Below, one piece after another: positions 5,311-12,935 of a stretch of 16,339 nucleotides of DNA (the first letter of the stretch is position 1; each line of letters starts with the position of its first letter). This DNA is from Promethearchaeota archaeon (GTDB lineage Archaea > Asgardarchaeota > Thorarchaeia > Thorarchaeales > Thorarchaeaceae): NCBI GenBank assembly GCA_027031765.1, contig JALVPN010000115.1, positions 18,261 through 34,599 on the forward strand, read 5' to 3'. The notes under the pieces are model-generated. The model saw only the letters and a list, made by a program, of their open reading frames with translations. It had not been told where the DNA came from and did no database searches. Position numbers and translations under genes: made by a program.

Positions 5311-8300
5311 CTAGCCGCGTCGTCGGCGTACCAGCACCAGGACTATTACGAGCACGATGACACCGCCACCGACGAGGACGTACAAGCCCATGCTGGTGGT
5401 GTGCCCGCCAGTCGGTGTTGTGTTGGTAGTCGTAGGGGTCGGGGCCGTCGTGGGTGTGGTCGTCGTGGGTGTGGTCGTTGTGGTCGTGGACGTACTGGTG
5501 GAGGTCGAGGTCGAGGTCGAGGTCGTGGCGCCGCCGCTCATGTGGGCGCTCGTGTAGGCGACGAAGACGGGGTCGCACACAATCTCCTTGCCTGCCCAGT
5601 GGTCGTAGCCTGCCGTCATGAAGAGCATCGACGCCTGGACGTTCCAGCCAGTGATTGTGTCACCCGATGACGACTCGTACATGAGGCTGAAGGCACCGAT
5701 AGGTGCTGACGACGAGCCAGAGATGTACTCGTTGGTCATGTTGTCGCCGCCCCAGTAGTACGGCAGTCCTCCCATGGTCACGTTGGCGAACGGGCTGTCC
5801 TCAGCACCAAACTCGTAGTAGTCCGCTGTCTTGCTGTCAGAGTTGGTGTCCGTTACTGGCTCCGTGCCTGCCCTGTACTCCGTCCTTGTGACCGTCCCGA
5901 GCACGCCGAAGAAGTTCACGGCCAGACTACGTCCTTCGAGCACAGAGTTGTCAAAGTCGTACAGCGTCCAGTTACCGAAGGCCTGGCTGATCTTGAACGA
6001 GACCGCGTGGTTCCACTTGGTCGGGTCCTCCGGGTCGTACTGTACCATGTCCACGTTGAAGGTGATGTCGAAGGACATGGACGTGACGTGAGCACGTGTC
6101 ACCCAGTAGTCGAAGTCGGTCTCAGTGAGGCCAAGCGCGCCCTCGTATGACTGGCGGAACGCCCATGGACTCCTGAGCCCACCACCGTGCTCGATCTGGA
6201 GTGGGAACATGGAAACGTTGACGTCAAGGATTGTTATGCCGAAGCTCACTTCGGTGTCTGGAGACACGACCTCGTGGCCCGTGTCATTCGCCGAGCCCAG
6301 TGGACGCCTGAGCACCACGTCTCCGACGCTGTCGATGAGCACGACATGTGTCACCTCATCAGTGACGACCTGTCCCTCGTCAATGCTGAAGTCCGGCGCA
6401 GAGTTGGGCTGCTGCGGTCCTGCACCATCAGGGTCAAGGTCGTTGAAGATGAGGAGCCCTGCGTACTGGGCCCTGAAGGCCGCCCACATGCGCGTCGACT
6501 CGTTGACTGCCACCTGGAACGCCTGCTGGGTGCCCCATGCAAACCACGTGTTGCGCCACACGTTGCCCTCGACGCCCGTTATCCTGCTGACATCAATGGT
6601 CCTGTTCTTGGACATCCATGCTATGTACCTGTATTCTGGGGCCGGCACATCTTCACCGTAGTCTGCCCAGAGCAGGTCTTGTATCTCCTGCATCTCGTCT
6701 GGGCTCACTGGAGTCATGTCGGAGGCATGGTACCAGTAGAAGTCCTCCCTGGCCTCGAACTCCATGGTCATGGTAGCTGTACCCATCCAGTTCCAAGACA
6801 GGAACTCGTCACCGTTCTGGCCAGGCGTTGGGTCGAACATCAAGAAGACATGCATCCCCTCGACGGTGATGTTGCCCCAGTCCTCCCAGTGACCGACGCG
6901 CTTCACGAAATACTGGTCCTCGGTAGTGAAGTCGTTGCCGTCAAGGTCTACCGCACCGTCTGGGGTCACTGTCCATGCCGGTGGTACCCACACGAACACG
7001 TCGCCCAGCTGGAAGTGGGCCGGGCTCCAGATGGTGTCACCGGTGAGGTCAATCTGGATTAGGTCGTCAAGCCAGCTCGGCGGTGCCCACGGCGGCAAGA
7101 CCCACGCGTTACCGTTCCAGTACCGGATGTTCTGGACTACCGTGACGCCCATTCTTGCCCGGTCAATGACCATCGAGGGCGCGTCGCTGCTGAAGGTCAC
7201 ATTCAGGTACATCTTGGACTCGCTCTCGCCGAGAGCCAGCTGGAATTCGGACACGGTCCACCAGTCTTTGTATGTTGTCTCTCTCTTCACAAGTGTGCCG
7301 TTGTAGCGGACGTAGACCTCCCTGATGACCGCTGACCATGTGGTGATGTTCCCTGTCTCGAAGTCAACTGTGACGTTGTAGACCACCGAATGTCTCCAGT
7401 AGTGTGTCTCATTGCTGTCCATGCCCGTGCCGCTTATCTGGAGAGTAAAGTGGTCGAGCTCCCTCGTGAGGTTCAGTCGTACCTTGCCGGTGTCATAGAT
7501 CCTCGAGCCGTTGAGGTCTTCGATGGGCTTGTGTATCAGGATGGTGAAGTTCAGTGGTTCTCCCTGCATACCGCGGTCTGCAATCCTCCCATCAGCAGTG
7601 TACACAAAGGCCTCGATGAACTGGTCCTTGAATGCCAGTTTCATTGTATGCTTGCCCTTGATGTCAGGGTGCGGCATCAGCCTGTTGCCATGGGTGTCTT
7701 CGACAGTTGCAAGGCCCATGGCTGGCTCGACTGTACCGCCAATCTTCTGCGGGTCGGCGTCCATGTCTGTCCGGTTGGTGAAGTAGCCCGCCCAGCGGAC
7801 GGCGTTGCCACCGTTGAACGTCCCTGTGTGACCGGCGTCACTCACAAAGTAGTCGTCAAGGCTGACTGTCCTGTTGGGGGTGATTCCAAAGTTGACGGTC
7901 CAGACGCCAATCCCTTCTGCGACCTCCTTCCAGTAGTACGTGATGTTCGGATAGCCGGTCTCAAAGAAGGTACCAGAGGCGTTGTAGACCAGATAGAGCA
8001 TGGGCCCGCAGTCGAAGCTCTTGTTTATCATTGGCGTGTCGTGGTCCCACATCGTGTCTGGCCAGCCCGCTGGCATCTGGTACTCGACTCGCTGAAGGTA
8101 CTGCTTCTCCCAGGTCAGTACTGCGAACGGGATCACGACCTTGCCCAGCTCCACGCCTGCCATCACGCGTACGATGAAGGTCTCGTTGTTGTCCACGTAG
8201 TGGAGGATGTTACCGTCAAGGTCTACGATGTCCGCGTAGTAGAACTTGGGAATCGAGAAGTCGCGTGGGCTCACTGGCGTCCCCATGCCGATGGGTGGCA

Positions 8301-8949
8301 ACGTGAACCTGCCTGATGCAAGTCTGGAGAGCCACGACGGTGATACCGGTCGCCCCGTGGTGTCTATCGCCTGCATGCCTGTCCAGAAGACACCTTCGCC
8401 AATGTCCCGGGTGAACCTGAACCGGAACCACACCGTGCTGTCATTCTCAGACCTGTTGTACTCGCACAGTGTCGTGTTCAGATAGATGAAGTGTGATGGC
8501 TCAGGCTCATGCTGACCAGGCCGGTACCTGAAACTCAGTGCAGCCCACCTGTCCGCTGTCACGTTGTACTCCATGACGAACACCGGTGACCTGCGCCGCG
8601 CCATTGCACCCCAGAACCTGATGGTGTCGAGCTCGTTGCCCTCGCCTATGAAGGCATCCGGGACCGTGATCACAACTTCGAGCTCCGTACCGACCTCTAC
8701 CATGTAGTGGTTCTCAGAGATTGAGGTGCCGTTCGCGAGGTACCGGATGTCGACATCGGGCTGTGGGCCGAACAGCCACGTGGCGTGTTCCTCTGTGCTG
8801 CCGATGTCGCGCGTATCGTTGACCACGTTCCAGTCAACGATGATTGCAGGTTCACCGGGTCCCTGCGCAGTCACCGTGTTGAGGCCAACGCCCCACGCGA
8901 TGCTCACCAGCAGCAGTGCCATTATTACTATACTGCTCGCTCGTTTCAT
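5311..8949 (-). CDS. Large secreted, membrane-anchored cell-surface glycoprotein, 1212 aa
   Basis: N-terminal signal peptide (MKRASSIVIMALLLVSIAWG...VTAQ), about 29 N-x-S/T sequons by manual count, DLDGN/DLDPDG acidic motifs, a Thr/Ser/Pro linker, and a C-terminal TM helix followed by RRRRG. Confidence 0.92.
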   Translation of the reverse strand: MKRASSIVIMALLLVSIAWGVGLNTVTAQGPGEPAIIVDWNVVNDTRDIGSTEEHATWLFGPQPDVDIRYLANGTSISENHYMVEVGTELEVVITVPDAFIGEGNELDTIRFWGAMARRRSPVFVMEYNVTADRWAALSFRYRPGQHEPEPSHFIYLNTTLCEYNRSENDSTVWFRFRFTRDIGEGVFWTGMQAIDTTGRPVSPSWLSRLASGRFTLPPIGMGTPVSPRDFSIPKFYYADIVDLDGNILHYVDNNETFIVRVMAGVELGKVVIPFAVLTWEKQYLQRVEYQMPAGWPDTMWDHDTPMINKSFDCGPMLYLVYNASGTFFETGYPNITYYWKEVAEGIGVWTVNFGITPNRTVSLDDYFVSDAGHTGTFNGGNAVRWAGYFTNRTDMDADPQKIGGTVEPAMGLATVEDTHGNRLMPHPDIKGKHTMKLAFKDQFIEAFVYTADGRIADRGMQGEPLNFTILIHKPIEDLNGSRIYDTGKVRLNLTRELDHFTLQISGTGMDSNETHYWRHSVVYNVTVDFETGNITTWSAVIREVYVRYNGTLVKRETTYKDWWTVSEFQLALGESESKMYLNVTFSSDAPSMVIDRARMGVTVVQNIRYWNGNAWVLPPWAPPSWLDDLIQIDLTGDTIWSPAHFQLGDVFVWVPPAWTVTPDGAVDLDGNDFTTEDQYFVKRVGHWEDWGNITVEGMHVFLMFDPTPGQNGDEFLSWNWMGTATMTMEFEAREDFYWYHASDMTPVSPDEMQEIQDLLWADYGEDVPAPEYRYIAWMSKNRTIDVSRITGVEGNVWRNTWFAWGTQQAFQVAVNESTRMWAAFRAQYAGLLIFNDLDPDGAGPQQPNSAPDFSIDEGQVVTDEVTHVVLIDSVGDVVLRRPLGSANDTGHEVVSPDTEVSFGITILDVNVSMFPLQIEHGGGLRSPWAFRQSYEGALGLTETDFDYWVTRAHVTSMSFDITFNVDMVQYDPEDPTKWNHAVSFKISQAFGNWTLYDFDNSVLEGRSLAVNFFGVLGTVTRTEYRAGTEPVTDTNSDSKTADYYEFGAEDSPFANVTMGGLPYYWGGDNMTNEYISGSSSAPIGAFSLMYESSSGDTITGWNVQASMLFMTAGYDHWAGKEIVCDPVFVAYTSAHMSGGATTSTSTSTSTSTSTTTTTTPTTTTPTTAPTPTTTNTTPTGGHTTSMGLYVLVGGGVIVLVIVLVLVRRRRG
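5447..5524. repeat. Coding tandem repeats in the Thr/Ser linker
   Basis: (gtcgtgggtgtggtc)x2 at 5447-5476 and (gaggtc)x4 at 5501-5524, encoding the TTTPT and TSTSTS runs. Confidence 0.9.
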
Positions 8950-9076
8950 GTCATATCATTCCCCTTTGCCACACTGTTGTCCTGTCACTCTGTCCTGCCC
9001 ATCGTGGGACATGACATGCTCTCTCCTGTGGCATATGGTCTCATACGTGACCATCTACGATAGAAGAAACCGTTCT

Positions 9077-9119
9077 TGGCTGCAACATATACTGCCGCAG
9101 CCAGCGTTATTAAGTTATT
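9077..9119. promoter_or_regulatory. TATA-like AT island with an adjacent 7-bp inverted repeat in the divergent region between the glycoprotein gene and the copA remnant
   Basis: ttattaagttatt at 9107-9119; tggctgc (9077-9083) and gcagcca (9097-9103) form a perfect inverted repeat with a 13-nt spacer. Confidence 0.4.
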
Positions 9120-9231
9120 GTGTGCCGCCTTCCGCACGGTCCGGCGGTCTGGTCATGACGACGGCCGGGACACCACGTGTGTCCCAACGTCCGATGTGTG
9201 ATGGTGCTACAAGACTAGTGCCGTGCAGTAG

Positions 9232-9886
9232 TTGCGGTTTGCGGTCAGACCGGGTACGGTCCACTGTGACAGCTGTGCAGAACCGACACGTCGGGCCCTG
9301 TCAAGGACACCGGGCGTGCTGAAGGTCACGCCGAATGTGGGGGACAGCAGTGTGGACGTTGTGTTCGACCGCGGGCTACTGGGTGCCGACGACATCACGC
9401 GTTTCCTTGAGGGCCCCGGTTTCCCCGTGGTGTCGGTCACCGGGACACGAGGGCCATCCCTGTTGGTATCGCCAAGGTCCTGCCCGGTGACGAGGCGGCA
9501 ACAATACGTTCGTTCCAGTCTAACGGCCACACCGTCATGATGGTCGGCGATGCCACGAACGATGCTCCTGCGCTGGTCAAGGCCGATGTTGGTGTGGCTG
9601 TGAGTTCCGGCACGGACATCTCAGTCGAGTCCGCAGGTGTGGTCTTAGTGGGTCACAGGGTCACGGGTGTTGTCGACACGCTCGCTATCGGGTCGACCTG
9701 CCAGTCCAATCCAAGACCGTCCAGGACCCCGTCCTCGCGTCCTCCTTCAATGGGGTCGGCATACCCATCGCCGTGGCCGGACTCCTGCACCCCGTCTGGG
9801 CCATGGTCGCGATGGTGGCCAGTGTGACAACAATTCTGGTCAACTCGTTTGGCGGGCGTCTGTCCCGTGTGGGGCGTGAGGTCTAG
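9232..9886 (+). pseudogene. copA: Heavy-metal (Cu-type) P1B-ATPase pseudogene: HMA domain joined to the C-terminal remnant
   Basis: HMA with HCDSC (9232-9420; in-frame TAG at 9229-9231). Frameshifted VTG/D motif at 9436-9446. KVLPGD...MVGDATNDAPALVKADVGVA in a second frame. KTVQD...FNGVGIPIAVAGLLHPVWAMVAMVASVTTILVNSFGGRL* in a third frame (9713-9886). No TGE, CPC or DKTGT motifs. Confidence 0.85.
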
Positions 9887-10006
9887 TTGGTTGGGGCCGC
9901 GTACTGACGACAGGCCCCATGTCATGCCCAACAGTCGGTCCGGATGACACGTCCACAACGGGCCGGCCTTGGAGAGTCCCATACTCACCGACGTACGTGT
10001 GACGGA

Positions 10007-10987
10007 CTACGTTGCACGTATAGTGGTCACTCCGTCCACCTCCTCCACTCTGGCATGCCCCTCCCGTTCGAGTATCCTTGCAAGGTCGAGGCTCTCTGCG
10101 AGCGCCATCACGAGCGAGTCCCACCTGTAGTCCCCGTACAACACCCTCGAGACCTCGTACAGGGTCACCGGGTCCTCGTTGAGCCACTCAGCAAGCCTCT
10201 GCAGCTTCGTCCTGTACTCCTCTCTCAGCTGGTCGAGCCGGGCACCAAGGTCTGCAATCGGGGCCCTGTGTCCTGGTAGCGCAAGGAGCCCTGCGTATGG
10301 TGCCACGCGTTCGAGTGAGTCCATGTACGTCAACATCGAGATGTCCACAGGTGAGTCAAAGTCCAGACTGGGGTTCGAGCTGATGTCACCCAGCACGTGG
10401 TCGCCTGTAAAGATGACACCGGCCCCGTCCAGTACCAGACAGACAGAGCCACGCGAGTGACCCGGCGTCCACACCACTTGCATGGCCCCAGCACCGGTGT
10501 CCAGCGTGTCCCCGTCGTCCAGGGGCCGTGCACCAGGGCAGGAGACACCGTACTGGAGGAAGTAGTGGAGGAGGGGGCCTGGCCTGAATGTCGTTCGCAC
10601 ATGCTCCGGGACGCCACCCCGTTCGATGATGCTCAGGTACTCGTGCACCCGTCTTCTCAGGTACCCCTCGTGGTCCGTCACCCTGTGCCTGTCCTCACTG
10701 TGGATGAACACCTCGGCGCCTGACAACTGGGCTATCTCTCCCGCCATGCCGGCATGGTCGATATGGCCGTGCGTCAGTACCAGCTGTCCAATGTCCTCGA
10801 GACCGTAGCCGTGGGCCCGCAGTCCCGCTGCCAGTGCCTGCCGTGCGTCCTCTGCCCGCGGCCCCGCGTCCACCAGTGTAAGCGCCTCCCCCTCAATGAG
10901 ATAGGTGTTCACCGGGCCCACAGGGAAAGGTGTGGGCACCTCGATTCTGCGGACTCCCCGGGGCAGGCTGTAGTCCAGTTCTCCCAT
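10007..10987 (-). CDS. MBL-fold metallo-hydrolase with C-terminal winged-helix-like region, 326 aa
   Basis: VPTPFPVGPVNTYLIEG, THGHIDHAG (HxHxDH), TPGHS, FTGDHVL and LPGH. Start placed at ATG 10987 (MGELDY); the alternative is 11020. Confidence 0.92.
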   Translation of the reverse strand: MGELDYSLPRGVRRIEVPTPFPVGPVNTYLIEGEALTLVDAGPRAEDARQALAAGLRAHGYGLEDIGQLVLTHGHIDHAGMAGEIAQLSGAEVFIHSEDRHRVTDHEGYLRRRVHEYLSIIERGGVPEHVRTTFRPGPLLHYFLQYGVSCPGARPLDDGDTLDTGAGAMQVVWTPGHSRGSVCLVLDGAGVIFTGDHVLGDISSNPSLDFDSPVDISMLTYMDSLERVAPYAGLLALPGHRAPIADLGARLDQLREEYRTKLQRLAEWLNEDPVTLYEVSRVLYGDYRWDSLVMALAESLDLARILEREGHARVEEVDGVTTIRAT

Positions 10988-11067
10988 CACACTTCCACTT
11001 CTCTTGCTCCTCGTAGGCATGAGGTCGACACGCGAGAGAAAAGCCTTCTGTCCGTGTCAGCCACATG

Positions 11068-12063
11068 TCACCGGTACCGCATGGCCTTGGTACTGGCCAG
11101 CCTCTCAATGACCCGCAGCCCCTTCTCGCTCACGTCTGTCGTCTCAATGAGCCCGTCCTCGATGGCTGTACGGAGCGCACGCTCACCGGCCACTGTGCGG
11201 ACAATCACGGTCGTCCACCCCTCCGGCGAGCCGACGTTGCCGAAAGAGATGTCGGCACCCTTGCACGTGAGGTCACGGCAGTACTTGCAGGAGGTCGCAC
11301 CACACCCGCTGATCTCTTTCAGCTCCCACTCGTGCACAGTGTCCCCGGTAGACACGGAGAACGTCCCACCACTGATTGACATGCGTCTGATGTCTGCAAC
11401 CTGCACTCCGGTAGATGCGAGGAACCCTGACAGGCAGTCGTAGTCAAAGGCATGCATGCAGAAGAGGCCTAGGGTGAGCACGTCACCGATACCGCCTCCG
11501 CCGACCACACGGAGTGCCTCCCACGAGAGCCTATTGACCGCATCTATGTCGCACGCCGTGCCGACGACCGCGACTCTCTTCGCGCCCTCCCGGAACGCCT
11601 CCAGCATGGCACCAACTACCGGTGCGTGACTGTACACAGTGCCTGCGTGCTCTTCCAGGCAATCCGGGTCCCTGATGACCGTCGGGACAGGTCTCCAGGG
11701 CCGTGTGTTGTCCTGTCCGACCACCACCGCGGCGTCCACAGTCCCATGAGTGATGGCCGCCTCAAGCACCCGGGTCACTGCGCCGCCGTCTTGGGAGCGG
11801 CCCGGTCTGTCCCGCGCCCTTGCAGCAATGACCTGTCGACTCTCCCCCAGCAGCTCCTCGCGTGCGACCACTGTCCTCGGGCAACTTGCATAGCACAGTC
11901 CGCACCCAGTACACTTGCCCACGAGGCGTGGCACAAGTCGTGTGCTACTCTTGTCGGCGGCCAGTGCGTCCTCCGGGCACACCGCAATGCATGTCCCACA
12001 CTCGACGCACGCACCACGCTCAATCACAGAACGTTGTAGGCGCCGGAAGGCCCGCGGCTGCAT
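11068..12063 (-). CDS. Coenzyme F420 hydrogenase/dehydrogenase beta-subunit family (FrhB/FdhB) with N-terminal 2x[4Fe-4S] ferredoxin (FpoF-like), about 331 aa
   Basis: CVECGTCIAVCP and CTGCGLCYASCP, QDGGAVT, VVGTACD, LGLFCM, CKYCRD and ADISFGNVGSPEGWTTVIVRT. Start at ATG 12063, possibly 12126; the 521-aa ORF-track call is a read-through from the MFS remnant. Confidence 0.92.
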   Translation of the reverse strand: MQPRAFRRLQRSVIERGACVECGTCIAVCPEDALAADKSSTRLVPRLVGKCTGCGLCYASCPRTVVAREELLGESRQVIAARARDRPGRSQDGGAVTRVLEAAITHGTVDAAVVVGQDNTRPWRPVPTVIRDPDCLEEHAGTVYSHAPVVGAMLEAFREGAKRVAVVGTACDIDAVNRLSWEALRVVGGGGIGDVLTLGLFCMHAFDYDCLSGFLASTGVQVADIRRMSISGGTFSVSTGDTVHEWELKEISGCGATSCKYCRDLTCKGADISFGNVGSPEGWTTVIVRTVAGERALRTAIEDGLIETTDVSEKGLRVIERLASTKAMRYR

Positions 12064-12178
12064 GTACTCAGAGAGGCGCTCACTGCTCTTCTCCAGTAGT
12101 GTCGTGAGGTCTGTCAAGGCTGTCATCCGGACTGCGTGCGGCTCCCTGTCATATAGACATGGTGGTGGACAACACCGC

Positions 12179-12790
12179 TCACCCGGATGATGGTGTCGTA
12201 TCCGCCCCAGAGTGGTCGTTGTTGGGGTCGCTGTCGGTAGCAGGGTGCAGTGACAGGAGCAGTGCCAGTACGACCAGGCCGAGGGCCCCATTGCGGCACA
12301 CACCACATAGACCTGTCGTAGGCTACCGAAGACCACCCATAGGTAGGCACCTACAGGGGCTGCCACCAGCGAGGTCGAGCTGACGAAGAACTGGTACGTC
12401 CCCAGTGCCCGTTTCCTGACCGTTTCGTCCCTCCCCTCAACAACGAGTCCTCTCTCGGCACCGGTCCAGAACACTACCGGTACTGACCAGACCATGTTGA
12501 TGGCCACCACGACAAGGAAGCCATTGCCGTAGCCGAGTGCGAGGAAGACGAGTACCTTGCTGAGGAGCCCTGCCAGGAGTGAGGCCCTCAAGTCCCTGTC
12601 AGCGATACCACTCACTGTGTGGGTCAGCAGCACGGTCGTGAGCGAGAACGCGCTCCACGTGTAGCCGAACTCTGGCTCTCAGGTGCCACTCTTGGGTCGC
12701 AAGGTGCCCAGATGTGGTATTGCAGCGTTGAATGAGAACGCAAAGAACACCATCACTACCGTCACCCTCTCCAGCCTGAGACCCTCATGC
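12179..12790 (-). pseudogene. MFS transporter pseudogene (C-terminal half only)
   Basis: One frame reads VMVFFAFSFNAAIPHLG...GT*EPEFGYTWSAFSL...SGIADR...WTGAER...RKRALGTYQF...APVGAYLW with an internal TGA at 12679-12681. A 1-nt frameshift near 12286 leads to LGLVVLALLLSLHP...* at 12179. There is no room for the N-terminal half before the divergent gene. Confidence 0.75.
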
Positions 12791-12935
12791 CCCGTCAATG
12801 TGTCTAGGCCTCCTGTCTGGTGGTCTCTCGTGCTGTCATGGCGCTGCCCCCCCTGTCCATCAGGAGGGCACACAACGCTTAAAGTCTGGTCGGTCATGGC
12901 CCCTACAACAGACCTGCCGAGGTGGACCACGCGCA

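Noticed and set aside
5447-5524. Short tandem repeats as a possible CRISPR array or contingency locus
   Set aside because: There are no spacers, the units are 6 and 15 nt (multiples of 3, so no phase switching), and the Thr/Ser linker explains them fully.
5149-8485. + strand ORFs opposite the glycoprotein gene (e.g. 6187..7062, 7390..8316) and the His/Asp-rich 4985..5578 ORF
   Set aside because: They are antisense or alternate-frame products; the HDDH and DLDLDL runs are just the Thr/Ser linker repeats read in another frame.
11068-12633. 521-aa membrane-anchored FrhB fusion
   Set aside because: The middle part (PSAWSYWHCSCH...REPHAVR) is off-frame read-through; the MFS tail continues in another frame to a stop at 12179.
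12679-12681. In-frame TGA in the MFS remnant as selenocysteine recoding
   Set aside because: It falls in a transporter loop with no redox context, in a gene that has other lesions, and no SECIS was seen.
12798-12935. 46-codon N-terminal extension of the debranching-family ORF
   Set aside because: It contains the probable promoter (cttaaa, 12878-12883) and SD (gaggtg); family similarity starts after TTG 12936.
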